Assembly: GCA_965649825.1 (NCBI GenBank)
Contig: OZ287702.1
Coordinates: forward strand, 496,001 to 560,000
Length of the DNA: 64,000 nt
Origin: Penicillus capitatus
Taxonomy: Eukaryota; Plantae; Chlorophyta
Reading direction: 5' to 3'
Numbering within the stretch: position 1 is the first letter of the stretch; the number at the start of each line of letters is the position of its first letter. The notes under the pieces are model-generated. The model made no database searches and was not told the origin of the DNA. It saw only the letters and a list, made by a program, of their open reading frames with translations. The position numbers were made by a program, and so were the translations under genes. Of this stretch, positions 1 through 12,905 are shown piece after piece.

Positions 1-2286
1 ACTCGCCGTCGGAACCAAGTGAACGTGGCCAGCGTCATACGGACGGTAAAGCGTGATGCATTCCCGAACGCGTCCCTCTTCCTGCATCAGCTGTCGATCT
101 TCATTGCAAAGCTTGACGAGAATAGAAGCAATCAGATCGACACAGAGGAGCTGCACATGAGGACTGCGATGATTCAGTCCTAGAGAGGGGGCAAAGACCC
201 ATTGCATGAAACCCATGATCAATAGATTGCCAGCAGGGCACTCTGGAAGAAGCAACACATTCAGCACATCTATCACAACAGCGAGGCGCGTATATGCTTG
301 GTTCACTCTGGAAGACAGGATCACCTTTGGTGAGATTCTCAAGAGCCAGGCGGACATCCGATGTGTTGTCTGTCTTCTGACGTGCATCGGACGGAATCCT
401 TTGGAAATGAAACCAGTACCGTTATGGATCGCAACGGTTTGGCATTGAATGGTGTTCACTTCGTCATCATGCGTTGCCAAAACTCGCGTGCCCACTTCAA
501 AGCCGCATCAAGACAACTCTTGTATGCTTCATCTGGTGCTTCGGGGGATGGGAGATTCGCAGAGGACTATTCAACCCCAACAAACAGTTCCGCAAAATAG
601 CTGATGATCAGGTATGACTTGAAGGATCAACAGCATCAATGCTGTCGTCCATTGCATCTTGACGGTCGTGTGGTTGCCAATCTCACAGGGAGATGGATTC
701 TCTGTCTCGTCTGATGCAGCCGTCACCATCACTTCGACTGCTTCCTCGAAAATAATGGATCTTGATTCGTGTTGCCATTGAAAACAATGAACGATGGTGT
801 CTAGAGCACAAGATCAGATGTGACGTGGGGGTAGCACACACGTACAGAGTGCATTTCTCTGAAGCACGGGAAAGAGATGAAGGCGGGGACGCAGACATTG
901 AAGCAAGGTTCGGATGAGAGGTATGAGAATCGATGTCTCGATGGCGACATGCTGAATGAAGCATCCGAACAAACGCACCACCACTTCCACTCCATGAAGC
1001 CATGGACGGATTCCAGACTCCTCTCCTTGTCCTGATAGGCCATGACATGTCATAGAGACAGCAAAGAAGGGACGGTGTCTTCTGACCCAGCTGATCCTTA
1101 AGTGCGTTGGTCTGTAGTAGCGAATGCAATTGTGCCTTTATGATGTGGACCGTTGTCTCGATTACAGAGTCCAGCAACAGTCGCCGAGGAATGTCATCCA
1201 TTGACATCAATCTCAGAACGAACTCGACGGCTTCGATCTCACACGTCCACTCGGTCCATTCCGTTGTCGAACACTACATGCAGCACATGGATTGGTACGG
1301 TTGCAGATTTTGTGGAGGGCTTTACTGGAAAAGGTGCATGTGGGGCATCATGCTCTATTCCTTTCGCCATCACTCTCTCCAAACTCCGCAGTATCTCTGA
1401 CATGAGCGGATCTGCATCCGCCGAAATAAAAAGACGCTGGACAGTTAAGTGGCGAAAACGATCATTCAAAGTCTTCAGTTGATGTGACAGCTCTTGACGA
1501 TTCTCGGACATCTCTGGCATGATGCCATCCTCCTGTCTCTCCAGGCAACTCTTTAATACCTCCATCACTTGCTGAATGTCCCCCTCTATCCACAGCCAAG
1601 GTATTTATTACTCCCTCCTTTCATGTCAATGACAGAGATCATACCACTAGGAGATCTGGTGCTGAGAGTGGTCGGTTTTTTCTTCTCCTTGCATGTCCGC
1701 TGTCGTTTCTTTGGCCGAAGCGGTTCCTATACGGAACAGTCCGTCATGCCTGAGATCTCTCTTTTCTGCGAACCTCTCCAACGCACCTGACCATCGGCTG
1801 AGTTCTTCTTCCTTCTGACGTTTTCTTTCTTCTGCGTTGCTTGACAGATCGAACGCATTGACGGTTGATAACGAACTGCGTGACACACCACATCACTCTC
1901 TGCGTCACAGTATGTCTCTCCCTTGCCTTTCACTGTGGGTAATGCCTCGCCCTGTTCGGCAAACATCGCACTCAATCGACGCGTAACGTCTCCGAATTTT
2001 CCCTCCGCGACGTCTGGCTTTTTGAGCTGACTGGTTGCACATACTTAGTTCATTCCATATGATCTGACATTTCTTACACTGTATAGTCCAGTCTCTTGCA
2101 TTTCCGCAGCAATTCCGCCGCTTCCTGCACCATCTCGGACGTCACTTCGCCTTTTCCTCGTTCCATCGTCAGCAGTCTCGGCACGGGAGGCGAAAGAAAG
2201 GATGACATGTCGAACAACGAAGAACTCGTTATGAGACGCGGTTCGAGAAATTTCGCAACGTCCTCCTTATCTTCGTTGCGACGCAT
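1..2286 (-). CDS. SCC2: Nipped-B-like/SCC2 cohesin loader, 5' part; multi-exon, continues off the left window edge
   Basis: Minus-strand exons give MSMDDIPRRLLLDSVIETTVHIIKAQL, which resembles the SCC2/NIPBL MPK..xEx.IE.i motif. They also give LLLPECPAGNLLIMGFMQWVFAPSLGLNHRSPHVQLLCVDLIASILVKL, which resembles plant SCC2 LNLPEYPA...LLGTIAARL. The N-terminal PRLITSSSLFDMSSFLSPPVP resembles the NIPBL N-terminus. First in-frame ATG is at 2286. Exon boundaries are approximate. Confidence 0.75.
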
Positions 2287-2300
2287 TCTCCTCTCGCCAG

Positions 2301-5065
2301 ATGTTTCTGAGATGTCGCGTCGTACTCTTTGCGCGACGAGACCCGGTGACCGCAATTCGTCAGATGCATCGCGGTCGTCCTCATCGCGGCGGTCCCCATC
2401 GAGGAGGTCCTTATCGCGGCGGCAGTCCTTATCGAGGAGATCGATCGTTCAATCCTCCTCCAGCGCAAGACACGGCATCCAGTTGGTTTGGGCGAACCGT
2501 TCAGGAACGCAGCAGTCGAGGTCGGGATAAACGACGACGGCGACCACAGGAGAACGAGACACCGTCGTTGCCAAGCCATCGCGATCTTGAATGGTATCGG
2601 ACTCTATTCGGCCGCTGCATCGAGCAAGAACTGAAGGAAGAGCAGCTACAAGTCGAGGAACGTTTGCGCACATGGTCGTTGGAAAGACTGATTCGCGAGG
2701 GGTATACCCTCACGTACTGCCAAGCACGATTCCATGGACGATTGTTCGACAAACGCATCGTGCGCTTCTCCCAACAAAGAGAGAAGATGTTTTCTCACAT
2801 TTTCACTCATGGAGATCTCGTGACGATTAGCAGGTGTGATTGGATGTCTGATTTGTGCAAAGAGTGAGAAATGTGTGAGATGACAGGTCATCGCCGCTGA
2901 AAGCTGTCGATGCAGAAGGGGTCGTGTACGAAAGGCGAATGTCTTATCTCTCCGTCGTATTCGACAACGTACCCGACGACTTGCTCAGCACGGAATGGAG
3001 ATTGGACAAAGGCAGCAACAAAGTGGCCTATGACAGAATGCAGAAAGCACTGGCAGCCGTAACCACCTGGTCGATGAGCAATCCGCCACGGTGGCTTAGA
3101 GCATGCATCATACCGACTGCCCTGGTGCATCTCACCCCAGACCAACAAAACAGGTCATCGGACTCCATCACTACGATATGTTGCCAATGGAGTGATGTTG
3201 CAGGGCGCCGGATGTGTCTCTGATTCTGCGTGGGTGTCTGTCGAGCGTCCCAATGGCAAATGACCATCAAGAGATGGGTCATGTGCTGCGGTCCATGCAA
3301 AGCCCGCTCTCGTCAGAAAGACTGAACAGCATTCGAGCAAAATTGCAGCAAAATTTTTTTGGCGGCTCAGGTCTAAACGAGAGCCAAACCCATGCCATTT
3401 GTAATGGTCTGGAGCATCGGCTCACTCTGATTCAAGGACCGCCCGGAACGGGAAAGACATGGACAGCCGTGCATCTGATCAAAGCCTGGAGAGAAGTGCA
3501 TACGAATGAAGGGCCTATTCTTGCCACAGCCCAGAGCAATGTCGCCGTAGATCAACTGCTCTCCGGTTGCCTGAGGCTTGGCCTGAATGCCGTCCGTCTG
3601 GGTCAACCAGTACGCGTGACAGAAGACCTGCAGAAGCGCACTCTGGATGCTCTTCTCCAACAACATCCACAGATGAAAGAAGTCGAGCACATTCGAGAAG
3701 AAGTCCATCGTCTGCGTTCTCTCAAGGGAAAGGTCCATGGCCGAGATATCGGATTTCTGCACCGAGATATGGGAATGAACACAAAGAAGCTCAAGACGAT
3801 GATCGATGACCTTTCAAAGGAAGTTGTGGCCTCTGCAGATGTCATCTGTGCCACGTGCATCGGCGCTGGATCCGATTTGCTGGAGGGGATAAAATTCAGC
3901 TTCATCGTCTTGGATGAAACGACACAGTGTACGGAGCCGGAAGGATTGGTGCCCTTAGTAAAGGCCAAAGAAGATGCCTCTGTACTCTCGCATACTACGG
4001 CAGAGCAGGAGAACAGAGCGATTGTGGATGTAGGTGGTCCTCATTGGAGACCATCAGCAACTGCCGCCAACGGTGCTCAGTCAAGAGACGGAGACTAACC
4101 GCATTCTTGGCGTTAGTCTGTTCCAGAGGTTTGTCGTCATGAAGGAGCAAATCGCCTCCAATCACGCTGTCTCTAAGACACTGTCGCTTCTGTCCTTCCC
4201 TCCGGAGAGGATCCGCAGCTGGAGCTCTTTCGTAGAGCCATTATTTAAGAATATACAGACAACCATGCTTCGCGAGCAGTACCGAATGCATCCGGTTCTG
4301 AGCCGATGGCCCTCGGAGCAGTTCTATGACGGAGCACTCAAAGATGCCTTCGATGTCGACATAAGGATACCGCCAGCTGGCATCCCTTGGGTCAAGGAAA
4401 AGGACAGTGATGAGCTCAAGGCTGCACCTCTGCTCTTTGTCTCGACCACCACCGGAAGAGAGGAGACGAATGGCAGCGGAACATCCAAACTAAACAAGAA
4501 GGAAGCACAGGTACCTCTGCACAGATACCAACCATACGCCCTGTCGTCCTAAGCCGCCATCTCTGTGCACTAGATCGTCGTGTCTGTTGTAAAGCGTCTG
4601 CTCAAAGGCAAAGGGGTCTGCCACACAGATATCGGTGTGATCTCGCCCTACGCTGCTCAAGTCCAGACGATCAAACAGTATCTGAAAGCCGATGGATATC
4701 AAACGTACCAGGAAAACGAGTCAATGGACGAATCTTTGAGCAAAGTCATCGAAGTCAAGACAGTCGATGGCTATCAAGTACACCCACTTATCCCTCTCTT
4801 CCATTCTCGCTTGGTCCCTCATCAAACGGACGTTTAGGGAAGAGAGAAAGATGTGATTGTTTTCTCTTCTGTCCGATCGAACCCTTCAGGCGAAGTTGGA
4901 TTCCTCGGCGATTACCGTCGGTTCAATGTGGCCATCACACGCGCCAGGAGAGGCCTCATTGTGATTGGCAATCCACAGACCCTCGAATCCGATGGTATGT
5001 GGCGCGCATGGCTACAGTATATCCAGCAGAGTCAGTATCTCATTGATGAGCAACTTCTACTGTAA
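2301..5065 (+). CDS. Superfamily 1 Upf1-like (IGHMBP2/NAM7-type, AAA_11/AAA_12) helicase, multi-exon
   Basis: Motifs LNESQ, LIQGPPGTGKT, ATAQSNVAVDQL, VRLG, DETTQ, LIGDHQQLPPTV, SLF, QYRMHP, IGVISPYAAQV, TVDGYQGREKD and RRFNVAITRAR occur in order across GT-AG introns (e.g. 2834-2886). Start is 2301 or 2364; TAA stop ends at 5065. Confidence 0.92.
2367..2438 (+). repeat. Imperfect ~15-bp tandem repeat encoding (H/Y)RGGP (RGG-like low-complexity tract)
   Basis: catcgcggtcgtcct catcgcggcggtccc catcgaggaggtcct tatcgcggcggcagtcct tatcgagga encodes HRGRPHRGGPHRGGPYRGGSPYRG. Confidence 0.8.
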
Positions 5066-5103
5066 TCGCACGTCACATCGTCGTCTGCAGACGGTTTTCG
5101 AAA

Positions 5104-5364
5104 ATGGAATCGGAAGGAATCGCTCCGCGAGCGACCGACGAAGGTCCATCCCGGCCTCCAGACGAAAGACACTCGGCCTGTCCCATCATCGAAAGCCGAC
5201 GCCGATCATCCTCACTACCACTGGAGGTGGCCTGGGACCCGTATCTCTTTGCCGTGGCGCCAGACGATAGCAAGAGTCCATACAATGAACATTGCATCTA
5301 CAATATCCCGCGCACGGCGAATCGTCTCCTACCGTTGCATCTCACTCCTTTTGAACCACCCTAG
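5104..5364 (+). CDS. Possible small hypothetical protein (86 aa)
   Basis: ATG-initiated ORF that fills the gap between two convergent gene ends, preceded by the CG-rich sequence typical of 5' ends in this window. No recognisable motif. Confidence 0.25.
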   Translation: MESEGIAPRATDEGPSRPPDERHSACPIIESRRRSSSLPLEVAWDPYLFAVAPDDSKSPYNEHCIYNIPRTANRLLPLHLTPFEPP

Positions 5365-5434
5365 GCATGAGACATTGAGTGAGACATGCGTTTAAACAAT
5401 AGGGCTACAAAAGAGAACAACATATGTCGATGGT

Positions 5435-6655
5435 TTAAACCCAATCGCGTGGATTCCGGCAATGATCGAGCAAAACGGCCTCGGGTGATCCATCTGCTGG
5501 TTGCTGATCGTACTCCCATCGTGCCGTCAAGGGCAACGACATGAGAATGCTCTCGATACGTCCTCCCGTACGCAAACCGAACGTTGTCCCTCGATCGTAG
5601 ACCAGATTGAATTCGACGTAGCGTCCACGTCGCATCTGCTGCCATTTTTTCTGATCTTCGGTAAAAGGATCGTCCTTGTGCTTGACAATCAGAGGAATGT
5701 ACGATTCGACGACGTGATCCATGCAATCCTTCGAAAACGCGAGAAGGGTCTCGGGATCACGATCGTTCAGATCGTCGAAGAAAATTCCTCCCAGTCCACG
5801 TCGCTCGTTTCGATGCTTGATGAGAAAGTAGTCATCGCACCAGGACTTGAATTTCGGAAAGAAGGAAGGATCGTGGCGATCGCAGACAGACTTGTATGTC
5901 CCGTGAAAATGACGCATGTCGTCTTCGATCACATAACTCGGTGTGATATCCGTCCCCCCACCAAACCACCACTGCGGTGGAACGTGTCCCCACTGATCCG
6001 TCTCAAAGTAACGGTAGTTGAAATGCATCGTCGGGGCGTGGGGATTGTGTGGATGCATGACGGAACTGATCCCGGAAGCGAAAAAGGGTACGGGATCCGA
6101 CGGCAGTGTCATCTCTTGTCCCTTTCCCTGTTTCTGCGTTGCCGCGCGGTATGCCTCGGGAGCCATCGTCCCATAAACAACGGAGATGTTGACGCCCGCT
6201 TTCTCCCAGACATGACCATCCTGTAAGACGCGACTGATGCCGCCACCTCCTGCAGGACGGACCCAGGAATCTTCGTGAAAGGTCGTCCCATCGACCTCTT
6301 CCACGGCATGGCAGATAGCATCCTGCGATTGGCGAATGATCGATTCGAATCGCCCACGAAGACTATCGGCATCATCGATTCCTTCGCGTAGGAGCGATGT
6401 CGGTGTCGAATCGACCATCTTCTCGTCTTCGATCATAGCGAAACGCCCCACCGACTTTCGTCGGTTGACATTGAGCAAGCGGCGACCCGTCGATAGAATG
6501 CCGCGTTGTTTCTCGAAACGCGACGTCGTCGATCGCGTTAGACAACAGGGCGCCCGCGTCGACGTCAATGCAGCGTTCATGACAACAGGAACAGATCGGC
6601 TGTCTTCTGTACGTGATGAAATGATTCGATGAACCGTTTTCATTGAAGGTTCCAT
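5435..6655 (-). CDS. CPOX: Oxygen-dependent coproporphyrinogen III oxidase (HemF type) with plastid transit peptide; intronless
   Basis: Motifs [63 protein letters not shown] and [20 protein letters not shown]. The N-terminus is Ser/Thr/Arg-rich; the true start may be ATG 6580. Confidence 0.97.
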   Translation of the reverse strand: MEPSMKTVHRIISSRTEDSRSVPVVMNAALTSTRAPCCLTRSTTSRFEKQRGILSTGRRLLNVNRRKSVGRFAMIEDEKMVDSTPTSLLREGIDDADSLRGRFESIIRQSQDAICHAVEEVDGTTFHEDSWVRPAGGGGISRVLQDGHVWEKAGVNISVVYGTMAPEAYRAATQKQGKGQEMTLPSDPVPFFASGISSVMHPHNPHAPTMHFNYRYFETDQWGHVPPQWWFGGGTDITPSYVIEDDMRHFHGTYKSVCDRHDPSFFPKFKSWCDDYFLIKHRNERRGLGGIFFDDLNDRDPETLLAFSKDCMDHVVESYIPLIVKHKDDPFTEDQKKWQQMRRGRYVEFNLVYDRGTTFGLRTGGRIESILMSLPLTARWEYDQQPADGSPEAVLLDHCRNPRDWV

Positions 6656-6695
6656 TTCGAACTGCTGACAGTATCGACGACGTCATTGTGTATTG

Positions 6696-7416
6696 ATGGC
6701 GGGCGTGAGCATCAAGAAAGTGACCGTTTTGAACAATCCGGCACGCTTTACGGATCCCTTTAAGTTCGAAGTGACGTACGAGGCGCTTCAAGACCTAGAA
6801 GACGGTACGATCCTTTCAGGCCCTTCACGCATCAGCCTCTGCTCTAGACCTCGAATGGAAGGTCCTCTACCTTAGTTGTGCAAACGATGCCGCATTGGAT
6901 CAAGAACTCGAGAACGTATTGGTCGGACCCATTTCTGCAGGCACCTACAAGTTTGTGCTTGAGGTGCGTCTGTCTGGGCCAGAGAGGCATTGTTGACATG
7001 ACGGTGCGTCCGTTTCTAGGCAGAAGCTCCGGACGGGACAAAGATACCGTCGGATGATTTGATTGGCAATACGGGTGTCGTATTGTCCTGCTCGTTCCTC
7101 GATCGTGAATTCGTTCGCGTCGGATTCTTCATCAACGTCGATTACGAAGACGAAGAGATGAGCGATAACCCACCAGACCCACCAGTCTATGAGAAGTCGC
7201 GCCCCATTTGCCTTCGATTGCAGCGTGCCATGTTGATTGTTATGTAGATTGATGCGGGACGTTGCCGTGGATGACCCGCGCGTCACGACAAAGCCATTGG
7301 ATCCCATTCCGCTACCTGTCGCTGTGGAAAACGAGGGCGATCGATCGGAGCGATTAGATCGATCGGAGGCGTCGAGCGACGCCGTCGCCGATCGTCATCC
7401 GGTTACCGACGTCTAG
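6696..7416 (+). CDS. ASF1: Histone H3/H4 chaperone ASF1 (3 introns)
   Basis: Spliced translation MAGVSIKKVTVLNNPARFTDPFKFEVTYEALQDLEDDLEWK...DQELENVLVGPISAGTYKFVLEAEAPD...IPSDDLIGNTGVVLSCSFLDREFVRVGFFINVDYEDEEM..NPP; TAG stop ends at 7416. Confidence 0.95.
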
Positions 7417-7678
7417 TCGATGTGACGATCGAAATGATCATATCGTGTGCATTTGAACTGCGGCGGTTGTTTGGCATTTGTCTTAGAAAGAAGATAAATA
7501 ACATCCGTTTCGCACCATCCACTTCTCCGCCGTCTTGAACGAGCGAATTTCACAAGACGCGCGCTTCTTCCTTTTTTTGTATACTGTAAACTGGCGGACT
7601 TTTCGGCACGACGACGGCGCAGTCCGCTGTCACATTCCGGCGCTGTCGATTACGGTGGAGGCTCGGATACGGCATCGG

Positions 7679-10364
7679 ATGTTTCAAGTTGGGCCAAAGG
7701 ACCGTCCTTTGCGGCGCCAGATAATCTTCAAGGCGCTGCCATTCAACTCCAGTCCTCTCTCAGAAGTCCATTTCCTTCATGACGCGGTCAGCTCTTGCGA
7801 AACGCCAGATGCAGGTTTTGGATTTTCCGGGCGGATTAACTTTCTGACGGGGACGCCGGAAGATATCGCTGCCACATTGAACTGTGTATACAGTTTGCTC
7901 CAAAAGCTCCAGCACGAGCAGTTTCTTAAAGAAGATGCTCAAGCCGAGCACAAAAGATTACGCGTCGAAGCGCAGACGTACGAGCAGAATTTATCTCGAC
8001 TCCGTAAGGAGATAGAGGTCAAAGAACGTGATATAGCCACACTCAAAATTCGAGTGCATCTCCACTGCTGTATACGTGCGTACGGGTGTATGATCGCATT
8101 GTGTGATGTGACAGGGGCGTCAAGAAGTGGATCGACATTCAGAAGAACTGGCTGTCATGGTTCGAGATCGGGACGCCCTGCAGAAGCACTGCAATAACCT
8201 GACGAGGCGCCAAGTTCAATTTCAGCACGAAATTCGTCGCAAGGAGCTTCAGTACGAGTGGCTTCAAGAGAAGCTTCGCAATTACTTGGCAGAAAGAAGA
8301 CGAGACTTTACAGCAAGCATGGAAATCGTGGGTATGTTAAGGCAACAGGCACCGCAACAGCAGCAGAAGGACAAGAACAAGATGACATCGAAAATAGATG
8401 ACATGATGGTCTCTGTCTGTCTTCGGCATCAGTACTGTACTGTATGGACATCGTGTTGTCTGTTGTGCAGCCTGGTCGCAATGGAAATCCGAAGAGATCA
8501 GCCAACCGCGGCCCGAAGCTTGATGAGACCATGGTTAAAATGATCGTCACAGCTTACGAGGAGAAACAGAAGGAGTTGATGGCTGAAAATGAAGATCTTC
8601 AAGAAGCGTTGAATGGCATCAGGGTATGTGTCACATCAATGTCTAGCTGTTGCTGTTATGGCGTGTGTGATGGGATGGTGGTGTTCACAGAAAGAGTACA
8701 CGGATTTGATGAATGCGCAAATGGAGAAGGCTGAGGCCCAATCGAAGAGCTTCCAGAGAATGGACAGCAAAATCTTCACAACGAAACGTGACAGTTTGGA
8801 TGCGCATCGTCACCCGGGCGTCGAAGAGACACACAGTGGACTGTTGTCTCAAGGAACGACGGGTAAGTTCGGCATCGGATCCCCATCCCTTGCACCATCC
8901 GATTCTGCAACGACGTCGACCTCAGCCTGCCGCCGCAACAGCGGCGACCGCTATGAACATTCCGGAGGCGTTTCCGAGATTCAGGATGACGCGGAGGAGG
9001 AGATGCGACGAGAGGAAGACATTCGACGTCGGGCTGAGGTGCCAGACGGCGTCCTCAATGCAGAACATCCAGATCTGGTTCCGTGGCCGTTGCCTCATGA
9101 AGTGCAGTTGAGACAAACGCAAATGGATCGTGAGGGTAAAGAGAACAAAACCGGACAACAAGCAATTTTGGACACGGGAGAACACGCGCCGGTGCTACCG
9201 ACGGTTGAGGAAGAGCAAGAAGCAATGGCATCGTCAAGGAGTCTTCCAGAAGATGAAGAGATTCCCATCGATGCTGTGACACTAGCACAGCAGACGCATC
9301 TCGTTCTCACATCTCTTTCGGCTTCTGTCGAAGAACAGGATCTTCCCAAATCGCAGAGCGACGCATCGCCGCCTATCGATAGTGAGAGAAAGATCGATGC
9401 GCATAGCATCAAAGAGAAGAAGATACCTGAGAACAGCCCCTTTGCAGATCAGCCATCGCCTGAGAACAGGAGTCCGGTCGTGACGCGATCGAAAGGGAAT
9501 AAATTTACGTGGCCGCCGCCGTCGCCTTCTCCTCAACCGCGTGAAGAGCCGGCCCCTCGTCCCATGCGCTCAGCGCTCGGCAAACTGCCTCAACCTTCCA
9601 ATAAACCCGTCCCCAATGCTGCCCTGCTTTCAGAGGAGCAACTTAAAACGGAGCTGCGTACACGTGCCGTCGATGTCGAAGAGGCCGTGCGAGCTCTGAA
9701 GACAGCCTGCACAACAATGCAGCCTCAACATATGAGGAGTGTCATGGAAAAGCGTCTGCATATGGAATTGACCATGGCTGCCAATCTGGCCGAACAGCAA
9801 GAAGCCGTCGTGAATCTGGCCCTTGCCGGTCTCGAAAAGGTACGCAGGACAGCACCGGGTTCGGATCTCGAAGTGGAAGAGATGTCATTGACGGTGACCG
9901 CTTCTCTGAACAAGACAGAGTCTCTCGTGTCAAAGATGATGCAGCTAACGACAGAGCCCAGCAGCACAGAAATGGGTTCTCAACTCCAACTCCATCTTCA
10001 AGAAATAATGCAAGAATTAGAAGATCTCAGAGATAAGACAGCCAATCGCTCTTCTCTCATGTCAAGGGAAGGAACGCTGTCAACCCCTTCGGCAGTGGAT
10101 GTCGAACGGAGCATCTCAACACTGAGGGAACGTGCCGATGACTTAACAAAAGAGAAGGAATGGATAAGCAGAGCACGAGGCGATCTCCATGAAGATGGCT
10201 CTGCGGATGGAACAGTGGCCTCTCGTCGAACCTGGGCGGACAAAACCAAAGAGGATAAGGAGCGAAGAGAAGTTGATGATGATTTAACAACACCCGATGT
10301 GTATTCTGATGATGACGCTGCACCCACGGAAACTCTGAGCCGTATTCTCCATTCAAACGACTGA
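7679..10364 (+). CDS. Afadin/alpha-actinin-binding (ADIP; SSX2IP/MSD1-like) coiled-coil protein with long C-terminal extension, multi-exon
   Basis: LNCVYSLLQ...KERDIATL, QHEIRRKELQYEWLQEKLRNYLAERRRDFTASMEIVG and KMIVTAYEEKQKELMAENEDL match my recollection of plant MSD1 (KKIVDAYEAKNQELMAEN). The last exon is large (to 10364). Confidence 0.75.
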
Positions 10365-10628
10365 GAATGGAGAGCATCCTTTCTTTGTTGTTGAACCGTG
10401 TGACTGCAGTCATGTTGCTGCACACACAAACATTCCTGTCTTATATGTTTCATTTCATCGAGGCGGTTCTTTTTTCTTAAAGGCGGATGTTTTAATAAGG
10501 GCGTTAAGAGAAGGATTCTCCTTAAACATGTTCTCCGCAAAGATTAACGTTTATGTGTGATCGATTCTGTCCCTTTCCATTCTGCATTTTGTAAGAATAC
10601 ATACACAAGTGTCCTGAAGGACAGCAGA

Positions 10629-11767
10629 TTAAGGGAATGATCTCTGTTTGATTAATGCCGTCAGACGTGTCCATGAAAGTCCGCCGCCAGCTCCAAACCC
10701 GTCAAAACGCGCATGTGCTCCAGGAAAGACCTGGCGAAAGGCAGGACCGGTAGGTACGGCAACACTGAGGACACCCGATGCCGAAGCACTCTGTAGGAGG
10801 AAGTTGTGTGCACCCACTAATGCGCACTGTTGTACGCTGGATCCCAAAGAGGTGGCCATCGAGAGAAAGAACGATGGGTCGATTTCTGCAGGATCAATGC
10901 ATAGATGAAAAAGAGTGAGAGACGTGTGATGTGACCTGGCGGCGCCGTCTGTAGGAAGGACGGATCGATCGACATTCTGACTTGCTTCTCGCGCCGTCGA
11001 GCATTCATACTGGACACAAATGCCTCGGCCTCTTCTCTTTTTTTCTGTCGGATCTTGGTGCTCAGCTCTTCTTCCATTTCTGGTCTGGAAGTGGGCGATG
11101 GCCAAGTAATGGCAGAAATCTGAGCAGCGACCTCGCCAAAGAGTGGCTTCAGGGCGCTCCTCCATACGTCATCATTCTGATCGGACTGCGTTTGGGTGAG
11201 GACTGCCACGATGGCGTCATGATCCAAGACGTCATCCACAAAAGCGGCAACACCTAAAGAACGTATGCCATCGATGTGGTTCACGAGACATTGTGTGGAC
11301 AAGCAGACCTTGTCTCAGAGGAATGCGTTTTTCTTGAAGGAGTTCTTTCAGTTTGGCCTTCTTCAAAACGACCGTCTTCTTTGCCAATGCGTGATAATCT
11401 GATGAGGCAACCATACTCGGCCATCCCACCTGCAAGTATCATCTGGGTCGTCGTAGTTATGAGATGACGTTTTATAAATGCACTTTATCAAAGAACAATT
11501 CAACGAGTCCCTCCTCTGTGCCGTCGCCATGCCGGATCAGATCCTGGTAGACCTCTGGACCCCAGTTGGCACAATCCAGTCCCAAATCCTAAATCCACAT
11601 CTTGCTGCCCAGTGACACAGTGAGATGCCCACCGAGAAAGCGGCGTTAAAGGCAACACGATGTCCATCTCGCTGAAGATCGGCCACCACACCGTCGCATT
11701 CCAGGACCACAAGAGGCCGCAATTCGATCGACGCAGCATGTGTCCGAACGACGACACCTCGATGCAT
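10629..11767 (-). CDS. CbbY-like HAD-superfamily protein (ExDGV variant), multi-exon
   Basis: Exons give LVVLECDGVVADLQRDGHRVAFNAAF, GLDCANWGPEVYQDLIRHG, VGWPSMVASSD, IPLRQG and QCALVGAHNFLLQSASASGVLSVAV...FPGAHARFDGFGAG, collinear with plant CBBY-like proteins. Confidence 0.85.
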
Positions 11768-11928
11768 GCCTTAATTTTGACACACGCTGCGATCGAGATG
11801 CTTGGAATACCATGTCTCTCTCGGTAACATGTCGATCGATATCGAAAACTCGGCCTTCGTGGATGTTGTGTGCCGATCGCTGCGATAAGGGATTTCATGA
11901 GATGCATTAACGTGTCCTCGAGATCGAA

Positions 11929-12512
11929 ATGGCGAAAGACGACGCACCACCACCGCCAGAGACGAAAGACGACGCCCCAGGTGGCGACGACAAGAAAACG
12001 CCAAAGGCGAAAAAGAAAGCCGCTTCGCAGAAGACACCCGAGGAGCTTCTGAAGGAGTTCACTCCTAAACCTCCACCGAAACCCCGCGACGTCGAACCTT
12101 ACTCTTTCAACCGACTCGAGCAATTCGATTACGTACGCGAAGTGACGAAAAAGAACGTGTGGTATTACCGCGATCGTATCAGCGTCCCACGTGGCCCGTG
12201 TACACTGCCCGTGCTTCGCGAGGCCTGGGTCAATGGCATCATTGATGAGAATACGTTGATCTGGGGACAGGGACTGATCGATTGGCTTCCTGCCAAGAAC
12301 ATCCGAACACTCATTCCACAGATCCGTACTCCCGAAGGTTAGCCATGTCTTTACCTCTTGCACCGCTCAATGCATCTCACTCATGTTACGCAGTGCAATT
12401 CGCGACGTGGTTGAAGAAGAATCTTGCGTTGAAGCCTGCTGTGGCACGTATGCGAAAACAGTTTCCTGAAAAACGTTCGATTCCGCACGATCAGGTGGAC
12501 AATATGTACTGA
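11929..12512 (+). CDS. TIC56: Tic56 chloroplast protein-import component (short green-algal form, GYF_2-like domain), 1 intron
   Basis: KNVWYYRDRISVPRGPCTLPVLREAWVNGIIDENTLIWGQGLIDWLPAKNIRTLIPQIRTPE|VQFATWLKK matches the Tic56 WYYRDR..RGPC...G.ID..T.IWG signature. The intron starts gttagc at ~12339. Confidence 0.8.
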
Positions 12513-12905
12513 ACCACATCTTAACAAGAGTTTTGGAAAAAAATTCCTGTTGGATGATACAAGCCCATCAGCAGTGCAGTCGATGGAAGTAACAGCAGAC
12601 TGTTATCTGTCTATCAGACATCAATCAGAAGCTACATCGTATCTGGTGCACATGGAGTGGATGTTGAACGGTTTCAATCAGGCAAGAGATTTGTTGCTCT
12701 CGTAACCAGGAGGAGTGAACATACTCACTCTCGAACACACAAAAAAACCATGACAGCATGACGTTGAAAAAGACACGCTGTCCCCTGAAATGACAGACTC
12801 AAGAATGACATAGCATTCGTTGATCATAACACACCCAACGGCCCACAACAGTGACATAGGATTCGTTGATCATAAAGACACTCAACGACCCACAACGGTA
12901 AGGAT

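Noticed and set aside
5501-6226. 241-aa plus-strand ORF
   Set aside because: Antisense shadow of CPOX with no motifs. The same applies to 11500-12363, 44416-45000 and 59437-60261.
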